The translations under genes and the position numbers were made by a program. From positions 2,666 through 66,665 of the forward strand of contig JAGHUS010000163.1 of the NCBI GenBank assembly GCA_018064685.1: a DNA stretch of 64,000 bases. The letters run 5' to 3'. The stretch is from Bacteroidales bacterium. Lineage in GTDB: Bacteria > Bacteroidota > Bacteroidia > Bacteroidales > Bacteroidaceae. Below, in pieces: positions 9,577 through 17,810 of the stretch; position 1 is the first letter of the stretch, and every line of letters begins with the position of its first letter. The notes beneath the pieces are model-generated. The model saw only the letters and a program-made list of their open reading frames with translations. It had not been told where the DNA came from and ran no database searches.

Positions 9577-12500
9577 TTACTTTACAACCACTTTTCGTCC
9601 GTCCTTGACGAACACTCCGGGGCGTGATATCTTGACAATGCGACGGCCGTTGAGGTCGTAGGTGGACTGGACAGTGGAAGTCGTAGCTGAAAGGACATCC
9701 TGAATGGACGTCTCTTCGCCAGTAGAGATACCAAGCTCCTGCACACCACTCAAAACGGGAGCATTAAGATAGAAGCGGAAGGGAGAGACAAGGGTCGATG
9801 TGGTACTTGCTGCAAACATATTGTTCGTGTCAGAAAGCACGAAATAGCCACCACCCAACGGGCGTTCAACAAAAGAACCATTCACACCTTCCTGCTCCGT
9901 ATCCTTGCTGTTACCCGGTACATAACTCTGCACTTCCACATCATCCTGCACCTGTAGTTTCCAACTGCGGGTGTTCGTCTCCACCAGCAAGGGAGTGCCA
10001 GCACTTATCACGGCCTCATAGTCAGCAATCTCCTCGAAGACTACATTCTCACCCTCTATCTCCTTGAAAGTAAATACTCTACTACCTTCGGCAAAAGTAT
10101 TACCCTGCACAGCAAAAGGCAGACAGACAGCGTTATAGGCACGGGCTTCATCGGCTGTGGTGTTAGCGGTGCGCGAATAGACAACCTTGTCGGCCACCAC
10201 GCTCATTCCCGGCATATAGGGATAATAATCGTTCAGCGTCAGAATGGCACAACGGCCATCCACCACCACATTCTTAGTGTTGGCCACGTTGTCAGCATCG
10301 CTCACTTTGATAAGCGTATTCATGCTGCCATGAGCCGTAGTAGAAGGCACTGGCAGTTCGGGACGGCCAATCAGCACAGCCTGCGTAGCATCGATGAGCG
10401 TCACGTTGTTCGTGCCAAGTGTCGACTTCAAAGCTGTCATATTGGGTATGCGCCAGGCACCCTTCAGTGTCAGCACACTCTTGTCATCATTGAACTCAGC
10501 CTTGCGAGCCTCCTCTGCCACGTCATACGACACCGTCTCGGGGGCATCACCTGTACCCAGGTAGTGCAACTGGAAGTTATCTACACACGTCCATGTGGCA
10601 TTGCTCTTCGTCTTGACATTCTTCTTCACGCCAATCACCAGCACGCCGTCCTCGCCCACCTTGACGACAGGCAAGACGTTGTTATACAAGTTATTATTGA
10701 AAGCCGTCGCCGCACTGGTCTGGTCTCCCGTAGCGGGACGCTTCGCTGCATCCTCTGACATGTAGCTGGCCAGATCCTGCGACACCTCAACATACGAACC
10801 CTCGGGATTAGACCACGCGTAGAACTTCACATTCGTCGAGTTCAGCTCAGCCTCCTGCACGAAACCCTGGCACGTCACCACGTAGTTTCCCGCAGGTACC
10901 TTGAGCTGCTGATACAGGTCCCAGGTGTTGTCCTGCGATATCATGCCATACGTCTTGGTCGTGATGCTACGGTTGTAGTTACACTTCGGATTGTTGTCCG
11001 CGCCGTGCACGCCATTGTCGGTGACATAGTCGTTCGAGTTCTTGCGGAACACCCACTCGCCCAACCTAGCCTCGTCGATACGGTCGAAGTTGGCAGCCGC
11101 CACAAGGTGCGTCACATTGACAGGGTTGCTCACGCTGGCAGCCTTCACCTCCTCGGCCAACTGCTCTGCTGTCAATATCTCCCATTGCTGATACTTGTCG
11201 GTCTTGCTCATAGCAGCCGTTCCTGCACCACGCACCAGCGGGTTATTATTATATGTAGCACCATCGTTGCCCGTCAGTGCCTTTGTCGTACCGTTCTGCG
11301 AGTACGACAGAATCTTGAATCCATCCTGCTCCACGATGTTCCACTCGCTGATGTACTCACCCTCGGTGTTATTGTCCATATAGCCCGCATCGGTCAGATG
11401 TCCGTACTGGCTCAACAGGTCGTACTTGCCATTGGGCAAAGCCCTGAGGAACATAGGCTTGGGATAATTGCCCGTTACCACATGGCTGCCCCACTGACCA
11501 CCGTTCATCAGGAAGCGGCCCGTGTTGCGGTTGCGCAGATACACAACCGGTTCCTCTGCCTCCACGTCATTATCATCGTCGATGGCAGGGTCGTAGTCGT
11601 GATACGAGAACGTCACCACACAAGGCTTGTGGTCGCAGAGTGGTTCGCCTGCCTCGTTCACAAACGACAGATCCTGGCAGTATGTCTCTGCCGTCACGCG
11701 TATCTTGCTCTCCTTGTTGTTGATATAGAAAATCTTGTCTACCACCTCGCCCTTCAGATAACCGTTCGTACTGGCCATGATCGACGACGAACCATAAATG
11801 GGATAGACATTGTCGCGACCGAACTGAATCCAGGGATCGCGAATGATGAAGCGCTCGTCGGCATTGATGGCGTCGATGAGGTTCTGCTTCAGCTTGTCGC
11901 GAGTGTAACGGCAGTTCGTATCACCGATGATGAGAATAGGTCGACCGTTCTTTGTCTGCTTGATATGGTTGGCCAACTGCGTCAGCTGACTGGCACGTGC
12001 TGCATTATCCTCGGCCGACGACTCTGCATCCATGTGCATGGTGTAGAGGTCCAGCTCAGTGCCATCCTCGAGCGTGATGACATAGTAGCGGAAACCTTTG
12101 TTGATAAGTCCGTCGCCACCATTGTCGGTATAGCCGTAGTGGTCATTCCACTTCGTCCAGGCTTCTCCGGAAGGGTTGGCAATAACCTTCTCTCCGTCAA
12201 TACGATAGAACAGACACAATCCGTCAGAGTCCAGTACGGGACGCTTGGCCAGATAGTCGGCAATGGCACCCGCACCAGCCGAGATGCTGCCACGATGTGT
12301 CGTAGCGTTGTAGTGGATACCCACACCGCCATTCCATGCAGCCTCCCACAGCTGACTGTGGTAGTAGAAGTCCTCGCTCACGCCCACCACGTCATAGCCC
12401 GATGTGAGCAGACGCTGTCCGATAGCCGTTGCACCGGGGCCCTCCTTGGCATCCTCGTTCAGCTTCACCTCGTAGATGCCAGCCACCTTGATGCTCTTGG

Positions 12501-12972
12501 GCATACCGTCTACGTTGAGCGATGCTACGGTAAACTTCTTCTTGGCCGTCCACTCGGCATATTCATCCTCCGACACGAACATCCAGTAGCTGCGGTCGCT
12601 GTTCACGGTCGTCAGCTGGCAGGTCACACCACCGCCCAGATACTTACAGCGGTTCTCGTCGCCGGGGAAGTTAGCATCCGCCACCTTCTCCTCGAAGGCA
12701 AAATACCGCGAACCACTCTTCAGCTGGTAGTATCCGCTGGCGTTCTTGCTCAGCGTGTACTTCACTCCGCCGATACTTACCGCCGTACCATCCACCTCGA
12801 AGCGTGCGGCAGAGGCATTGTTCAGTTTGCCGTCTTCAGCTACAAACTTGTTCTGGTATACATTAAAGAGATAATAACTCTGTCCCGAACTGGGCACACT
12901 GCCACGAAACGCTCTCGCCGAAAACAGGGGGCAGAGCAATAATAGGAAGGGGAGTAGGATTTTTATTTTCAT
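9577..12972 (-). CDS. Large secreted endonuclease/exonuclease/phosphatase (EEP)-fold protein with lectin-like module(s) and T9SS C-terminal sorting domain
   Basis: ATG 12972; signal peptide; EEP motifs ASLNVDG, GVSEDF, IIGDTNCRY, CDHKPCVV; QxW-type segment KYQQWEIL; C-terminus YDLNGRRIVKISRPGVFVKDGRKVVVK. Confidence 0.8.
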   Translation of the reverse strand: MKIKILLPFLLLLCPLFSARAFRGSVPSSGQSYYLFNVYQNKFVAEDGKLNNASAARFEVDGTAVSIGGVKYTLSKNASGYYQLKSGSRYFAFEEKVADANFPGDENRCKYLGGGVTCQLTTVNSDRSYWMFVSEDEYAEWTAKKKFTVASLNVDGMPKSIKVAGIYEVKLNEDAKEGPGATAIGQRLLTSGYDVVGVSEDFYYHSQLWEAAWNGGVGIHYNATTHRGSISAGAGAIADYLAKRPVLDSDGLCLFYRIDGEKVIANPSGEAWTKWNDHYGYTDNGGDGLINKGFRYYVITLEDGTELDLYTMHMDAESSAEDNAARASQLTQLANHIKQTKNGRPILIIGDTNCRYTRDKLKQNLIDAINADERFIIRDPWIQFGRDNVYPIYGSSSIMASTNGYLKGEVVDKIFYINNKESKIRVTAETYCQDLSFVNEAGEPLCDHKPCVVTFSYHDYDPAIDDDNDVEAEEPVVYLRNRNTGRFLMNGGQWGSHVVTGNYPKPMFLRALPNGKYDLLSQYGHLTDAGYMDNNTEGEYISEWNIVEQDGFKILSYSQNGTTKALTGNDGATYNNNPLVRGAGTAAMSKTDKYQQWEILTAEQLAEEVKAASVSNPVNVTHLVAAANFDRIDEARLGEWVFRKNSNDYVTDNGVHGADNNPKCNYNRSITTKTYGMISQDNTWDLYQQLKVPAGNYVVTCQGFVQEAELNSTNVKFYAWSNPEGSYVEVSQDLASYMSEDAAKRPATGDQTSAATAFNNNLYNNVLPVVKVGEDGVLVIGVKKNVKTKSNATWTCVDNFQLHYLGTGDAPETVSYDVAEEARKAEFNDDKSVLTLKGAWRIPNMTALKSTLGTNNVTLIDATQAVLIGRPELPVPSTTAHGSMNTLIKVSDADNVANTKNVVVDGRCAILTLNDYYPYMPGMSVVADKVVYSRTANTTADEARAYNAVCLPFAVQGNTFAEGSRVFTFKEIEGENVVFEEIADYEAVISAGTPLLVETNTRSWKLQVQDDVEVQSYVPGNSKDTEQEGVNGSFVERPLGGGYFVLSDTNNMFAASTTSTLVSPFRFYLNAPVLSGVQELGISTGEETSIQDVLSATTSTVQSTYDLNGRRIVKISRPGVFVKDGRKVVVK

Positions 12973-12984
12973 CGGAATTATTAT

Positions 12985-13093
12985 TAGTATAGAGTATTTT
13001 TAGTGTAGAGTTTAGAGTAGTTGAAAGTGTATTATAGTTTAGAGTTGAGAGAATTTTTAGTGTAGAGTATTCTATTGTAGAGTTTAGAGTTTT
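12985..13093. repeat. TAGAGT/GTAGAG word stutter
   Basis: ATTTTTAGTGTAGAGT exact at 12996-13011 and 13053-13068; GTAGAGTTTAGAGT exact at 13005-13018 and 13077-13090. Confidence 0.85.
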
Positions 13094-13128
13094 CTAGAAT
13101 TCTTTATACAAGCTTCGCTTAATTTTAA

Positions 13129-13281
13129 GTAGTAAAAGAGAGATAAAAGGGAGTAAAGCTTTTGACGAAGGTCAAAATGCAGTAGTAAAAGGGACAATAC
13201 CTCTGTGACAATTTATACTAATGTCACTTTTACTACCTTTTTACTACCTTTGTACTACCTTTTTACTACCTTTATACTACC
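13129..13281. repeat. CTTTTACTACC array: five direct 11-bp units plus two inverted copies
   Basis: TACTACC at 13231, 13242, 13253, 13264 and 13275 (exact 11-bp period); inverted GTAGTAAAAG at 13129-13138 and 13182-13191. Confidence 0.9.
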
Positions 13282-13313
13282 TTTAAAATCCTTTAAAGCG
13301 AAAGTTGAATTCT

Positions 13314-14102
13314 TTATTTTGTATCCAGCACAGCACGGACGTTGAAACCTGAACGGCGAGCGTCGTTATACAAATCGCAACTGCGCCAGAAGAAGTGAAG
13401 GAAGAGCGCCTCGTTGCAGTATCGTGAAAAGAGCGTACGCGACCAGTAAAAACCATTCTTGCCTTCAAGGGTGGAAGTGCTGTAATGCCGACAACCTGCA
13501 GCGGGCAAGAAGATGGAGTTACCATTCTCGCCCACAACCTTAAAGCCGCTGTATTCATCTTCTGACACCCAATCCCAGGTACACTTCTGCAACAATTCCG
13601 TAATCTGTTCGGCAGAAGGCATTCGCCAACCTTTACCCCAGTTAACGTAGGCGGCATCATCACCGGGCTCAAGTTCCTTTCTATCATCTACATTGCCGTA
13701 CTGCTTGTCAGTAACATACTTAGAGAAACCGTAGCCCTTATCGTCAATGCTGTATTTCAGATTATTCCATTCGTAACTGTCTTTCTGGCTCGTCTCGCCC
13801 CATGCAAAGTACTGTCCGAAGTCGGTGGGCGAAGAAGCCCCCACATTCGTCGTAGCCCACTTGGTGCCCGAGGGCAGTCCAAGGTCTACCCACTCATGAC
13901 CACGATGAGTGTTTCCCACAGTAAGAGAATCGGTTCCCGATTCTACCTCAACCCTCTTTGTCTTCTCTTCCTTCGGCTTGTTCTGATTAGCAGACTTCGT
14001 CCTCTCCGTCCTAGCTTTCTTACGGGGAACCTTACCATGTTTCTGTCCCAGAGCACTGAGACTGCACACGCACAATATCAAGAAAAGAATCTTTGTTTTC
14101 AT
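13314..14102 (-). CDS. Secreted DUF1566/FISUMP-like (Lcl C-terminal-like) domain protein with lysine-rich linker
   Basis: ATG 14102; signal peptide; WVDLGLPSGTKWATTNVGA..YFAWGE..GWRMPSAEQITELL..IFLPAAG..GFYWS..GFNVRAV pattern. Confidence 0.6.
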   Translation of the reverse strand: MKTKILFLILCVCSLSALGQKHGKVPRKKARTERTKSANQNKPKEEKTKRVEVESGTDSLTVGNTHRGHEWVDLGLPSGTKWATTNVGASSPTDFGQYFAWGETSQKDSYEWNNLKYSIDDKGYGFSKYVTDKQYGNVDDRKELEPGDDAAYVNWGKGWRMPSAEQITELLQKCTWDWVSEDEYSGFKVVGENGNSIFLPAAGCRHYSTSTLEGKNGFYWSRTLFSRYCNEALFLHFFWRSCDLYNDARRSGFNVRAVLDTK

Positions 14103-14544
14103 AAATATATTATCCGCTTACTAAAGTACAATCACTCCTTTCATCCTCATCCACAATACGAAAAACTGATCATAGACAGTATAGACATTTCTGCCAAATG
14201 TAATGAATTCTTTTTCCAGCAAACCCTTTATTGCCGAACTTTATCATTTAATGATAATATCAGCTTCGCTTGTTTATACTACGATTCGTTGCCATTAACC
14301 ACAGTGCCATCTACACGTCCGTCGGCAGAATAGCACTTACATTATACACTACTGCTGTTTTTTCATTTCGCTGCAAAGATAAGAAATAAATATGGTACTT
14401 CCGATATTTGGACTGACCTTTTTTGGCAAAGATATACTATTTGGCATAAACTGATAATTGAACGTACTTTTGAAGCAGAGTCGTAGAAAAATGATTCCCC
14501 TGGGCTGGAAGCACTTTCTCTTTTCTGCCACAGCATTTTTTAGA

Positions 14545-14667
14545 CATAAAATGGCTCACCAAGAAAAAGCTGTGTCAGATGGGAAAACAAAAACTACAAT
14601 CAAAGGGACTGTTTACGGGTGAGCCAATAAAACTATCGTGTAGGTGTTGTGTAGAGTACTGATTTTT
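14545..14667 (-). ncRNA. Candidate ~120-nt RNA, or the start of a long leader, driven by orphan promoter module C; unverified
   Basis: Module C -7 box at 14674-14681. 9-bp inverted repeat TGGCTCACC/GGTGAGCCA (14552-14560 / 14618-14626) closes a 57-nt loop and is followed on the minus strand by TTTTA. No credible CDS until 14102. Confidence 0.2.
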
Positions 14668-14673
14668 CGATTA

Positions 14674-14758
14674 CAAAGGTAAGCAAAAAACAGTAAAAGG
14701 ATACTTGCAAAATGAACTTATTTTACAGTCAGGGTTAAATTCAATATGTTTTGCAAGA
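14674..14758 (-). promoter_or_regulatory. Conserved promoter module, copy C (orphan)
   Basis: On the plus strand: CAAAGGTA - N22 - CTTGCAAAATGAAC - N27 - ATATGTTTTGCAAGA. Same geometry as copies A and B. Confidence 0.5.
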
Positions 14759-14761
14759 TAA

Positions 14762-14803
14762 AGGGAAAAAATGGAGTTAAAGGAGCTCAAATCCTTTAAC
14801 TCC
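14762..14803 (-). terminator. Intrinsic terminator of lipoprotein gene 14813-15400
   Basis: Perfect 12-bp stem GGAGTTAAAGGA/TCCTTTAACTCC (14773-14784 / 14792-14803), 7-nt loop, followed on the minus strand by ATTTTTTCCC. Confidence 0.75.
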
Positions 14804-14812
14804 AAGAGTACT

Positions 14813-15400
14813 TTACTTATATTTCTCTTCATCCAAAGGGAAGTCAACCGAACATACAGAAATGACTGCATTGACATGACCCTCGAAAAGCTTAACAGAG
14901 TTATAACCACCTTGGTTCCAACCAAAAGCAGTTCCAGAGAACATACCTGACTTGGTGCAGTCGCCTGCCTTCAAATAGAAACGGAAGAGCTTACTGTCCT
15001 CCTCACTTGCATTGGCAATCAACGCCTTACCAGCCTCGGTAAGCTTGTATGATACCGAAACATGGATAGGCTGCTCATTTTCATACTCGATAGCGGGAAT
15101 CTGCAGTGAGCGACCGCCCACCGTAACATCCTCATCTTTATCCTCGTCGTAATAGGTGCCGATACTATCAGAATGAAGACTTGCGACTATCGGATAAGAC
15201 TTCTTCACACCTACACTGTCCACGTTAATAGTGAAATCGGCAAACTCGAAAAAGGCGTCTGAAAGAGCAAGCTTGTAAGAGATATAGTGCTTCTGGACAG
15301 GAGCAGGAGCGGGAACAACCTCGTCATCGCCGCAAGAGCTGAAACCAACAGCCAACAATGCCAGGATAGCAAGGCTGAAAATAGAAATATACTTCTTCAT
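14813..15400 (-). CDS. Hypothetical lipoprotein
   Basis: ATG 15400; lipobox LAVGFSSC; followed by strong terminator 14762-14803. Confidence 0.7.
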   Translation of the reverse strand: MKKYISIFSLAILALLAVGFSSCGDDEVVPAPAPVQKHYISYKLALSDAFFEFADFTINVDSVGVKKSYPIVASLHSDSIGTYYDEDKDEDVTVGGRSLQIPAIEYENEQPIHVSVSYKLTEAGKALIANASEEDSKLFRFYLKAGDCTKSGMFSGTAFGWNQGGYNSVKLFEGHVNAVISVCSVDFPLDEEKYK

Positions 15401-15433
15401 AACGTCATTAACCTAGATTACATTAAAAATGTA

Positions 15434-15730
15434 TTATTCGCCGTAGACACGAATCTGGTGCTTAACAACAACGCCAAAGAAAATTGACTTGTTGTACTCC
15501 TCGACATGCGAAATCTTGGTGATGCCACCATTTGCAGCAGCTGCCTTGATAGACTGCTCTGGACCACCCTTACCAAAGAAACCAAGAATAGTCTTCTGCT
15601 CAGAAACACCCATCTTAGAACCAACTGCACTGTTAGATGAAATGCCAACAACATGGGTTGCAGAACAGCAGCTGCTCAGAAGCATAGCTGCAAAAACACC
15701 AGCACCGATAATAGAAAAAATCTTCTTCAT
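15434..15730 (-). CDS. Small lipoprotein, TRL-like family (tentative)
   Basis: ATG 15730; signal + LLSSCC lipobox; ..GGITKISHVEEY...VYGE tail resembles TRL-like family as I remember it. Confidence 0.45.
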   Translation of the reverse strand: MKKIFSIIGAGVFAAMLLSSCCSATHVVGISSNSAVGSKMGVSEQKTILGFFGKGGPEQSIKAAAANGGITKISHVEEYNKSIFFGVVVKHQIRVYGE

Positions 15731-15861
15731 AATTGTTTAATTTAAAAGTGATTAATATTGATAATTATAATATTGTTTTTTAGTTTATGGCAGTTGGTTC
15801 TTGATTCAGTGTGAAATTAAGAGGTTTTCGTTTCCACTAAACGACTAAACGACTAATCCCC

Positions 15862-17679
15862 TTAACGACTAACCTCTCCCAACTTCTTCCTGTACTCTCC
15901 CGCCGTCATGCCGTACATGGCTTTGAACTGCCGGCGGAATGTGGACTGGTCTTTGTAGCCGCACTGTCGCATCAGATCTTCAATGGGATCATCCAAATGA
16001 TTCTTGAGCAATTCGACGAAGAGTGAGAGGCGGTATTCGGAGAGCCACTGCCGGAACGTCTTACCCGTAAGACTGTTGATGCAGACCGATATGATAGTAC
16101 GGCTAGAACCTATCTCTTCGGCAAGAAGCTTGATGTCAAGGTCGGCATTGAGGTAAAGCTTATGCTCGTCCATGGCCGTCTTGATGCGTTCGTACAATGC
16201 CTGTGTGTTCTGCAACAAACGCTCGTTTCTCGACTCCTCCAGTTTCTGCGTCAGCTCCAACACCTCTTCCTTCGTCTCGTTCAGGTCTTGCTGCGTAGCA
16301 TCTATCACCTGTTGTGCCGTCTCGATGATCTGTTCGTTCTTGCGATTACTACGCACAAGGCGAATGATGACAACCGCTGCCGCCACTATTATGACAAGCA
16401 GAATGGACAACGAGATGATGACAAGTCGCTGATGCGATACCTCGTTCTCGGCATCTTGTCGGGCCAACTCGTGTTCCTGCACCATATTAATAGATATCTG
16501 CTCGGAGAGTGTTCGCAGCATATCCTGACGGCGTATGCTGTCGCTCACAACCAGTGCACGGCGCAGATATTCATTCCCAAGCTTGTAGTTGCCCGTACGT
16601 ACTGCATCTTCCGACAGTAGCGACAGATAGTCGACATAACCGCCCACAAGACTGTCATTCTGGTAGAACAACTCCGCTGCCTTCTTGGCTTCATCGAATT
16701 CAGCCTTTCGTCCCAAGAAAGACAGTTCGTGTAATACATTTACCTGATTCTCTAACAATTGTGACTGATCGATATGGCTCAAGAGGTCAATGTAACAAGC
16801 TACGGAATCGGTATCGGCAACCGTGTTCTGCGACATGCTTTTCTGCACCTTCTGACGATAGGCCGTGGCTATTCTGATGTACATCTGACAGCGATAGAAA
16901 TCGGCAAAGCCGTGTGTGCCTTCGCCCGATGCGTTCATAGTCTCGGGACGCGGATCGACAAACGAAGGGTCACGATCGAAACGGTTGACAAGAGCCAGAA
17001 CGTCGTGGCTCGTGGCTATCACCTTGTCATAGTCCTGCCTCTCGAAGTACAGCTCCATCTGCTTCTTATTGAGCGAGATGAGCGAGATAAGTCCACTGAA
17101 CGAACTATCCTCGCTGAGCAAAAGATGTACTTTCTGGTACGTCTCTTCGGCCTGCTTAGTACGTCCCATCATCTGCTCGGCCATACCCACACGCAGCATC
17201 ATGGCAGTCTCGTCGCCGCGCATCTGTTCATGTCCATGACAGATGGCAATGCCCCGGTTGGCATAACGCAAAGTCTCGATATATCGGTTGCGCGAAGCAG
17301 TGATGTTGGAAGCCAGATCGCATATCTCCTCCTCGAGGAACTGATCGTCGCCAAACGTGCCATCGTCCAGCAGACGGTTGCAGATGCACAATGCACTGTC
17401 GGCATTGTTGTCGCCGTTCAAAACGACTATGGCATGCAGATATTCGCAACGCTTAGGAGAGATGATCTTGGCAGCGAGCAGTGAGTCGAGCATATGATGC
17501 GCTTTCGAGGGATTGCTGCTCATATAGCTCATGCAACTGTCTACAACGTCAAAATTATCCTTGCTGATGGGATATTCCATCCCATAGCCTTCGAGGCCCT
17601 GTTCGTCCCGACTGCCACAACGGCAGAACAGTGCTATCAATGTCAACGTATAAAAAAAATAGGATAATTGTCTGAACAC
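15862..17679 (-). CDS. Membrane-anchored one-component regulator: extracytoplasmic TPR-like domain - TM - coiled coil - AraC-type HTH
   Basis: Track start 17679 is GTG; N-terminal hydrophobic segment; TM IISLSILLVIIVAAAVVIIRLV; C-terminal FRQWLSEYRL..GYKDQSTFRRQFKAMYGMTAGEYRKK. Confidence 0.8.
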   Translation of the reverse strand: MFRQLSYFFYTLTLIALFCRCGSRDEQGLEGYGMEYPISKDNFDVVDSCMSYMSSNPSKAHHMLDSLLAAKIISPKRCEYLHAIVVLNGDNNADSALCICNRLLDDGTFGDDQFLEEEICDLASNITASRNRYIETLRYANRGIAICHGHEQMRGDETAMMLRVGMAEQMMGRTKQAEETYQKVHLLLSEDSSFSGLISLISLNKKQMELYFERQDYDKVIATSHDVLALVNRFDRDPSFVDPRPETMNASGEGTHGFADFYRCQMYIRIATAYRQKVQKSMSQNTVADTDSVACYIDLLSHIDQSQLLENQVNVLHELSFLGRKAEFDEAKKAAELFYQNDSLVGGYVDYLSLLSEDAVRTGNYKLGNEYLRRALVVSDSIRRQDMLRTLSEQISINMVQEHELARQDAENEVSHQRLVIISLSILLVIIVAAAVVIIRLVRSNRKNEQIIETAQQVIDATQQDLNETKEEVLELTQKLEESRNERLLQNTQALYERIKTAMDEHKLYLNADLDIKLLAEEIGSSRTIISVCINSLTGKTFRQWLSEYRLSLFVELLKNHLDDPIEDLMRQCGYKDQSTFRRQFKAMYGMTAGEYRKKLGEVSR

Positions 17680-17707
17680 AAGTATTTGCTGTCTAGTTTC
17701 TATAATG

Positions 17708-17792
17708 CAAAATTATGAAAAAGAAAGCAAAAAGGCACTTGCAAAATGAACATAAATGCAAAAAACTGCTAAAATATGAACGTTTTGCAAGG
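17708..17792 (-). promoter_or_regulatory. Conserved promoter module, copy A (upstream of TPR-TM-AraC gene 15862-17679)
   Basis: On the plus strand: CAAAATTA (-7 box, 29 nt from the start codon) - N22 - CTTGCAAAATGAAC - N27 - ATGAACGTTTTGCAAGG. Confidence 0.55.
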
Positions 17793-17810
17793 TGCAGCAG
17801 ATAATTATCG

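Noticed and set aside
11005-12942. 645-aa plus-strand ORF antisense to the EEP gene. Similar long antisense ORFs occur at 20025-20909(-), 30759-32507(+), 33709-34461(+), 34642-35574(+), 35912-37519(+), 38288-39133(+), 45577-46593(-), 49081-49806(-), 51005-52195(-) and 59737-60396(+).
   Set aside because: The opposite strand carries motif-rich, clearly homologous genes. The antisense products are His/Val/Arg/Leu-rich with no motifs, signal peptides or promoters. They are typical stop-poor shadow frames of codon-biased genes.
14349-14531. 60-aa minus-strand ORF in the 14103-14812 spacer
   Set aside because: Its composition is Phe/Ile/Lys/Cys-rich and non-protein-like, with no signal peptide or motif. 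The region is better explained as a leader or ncRNA.
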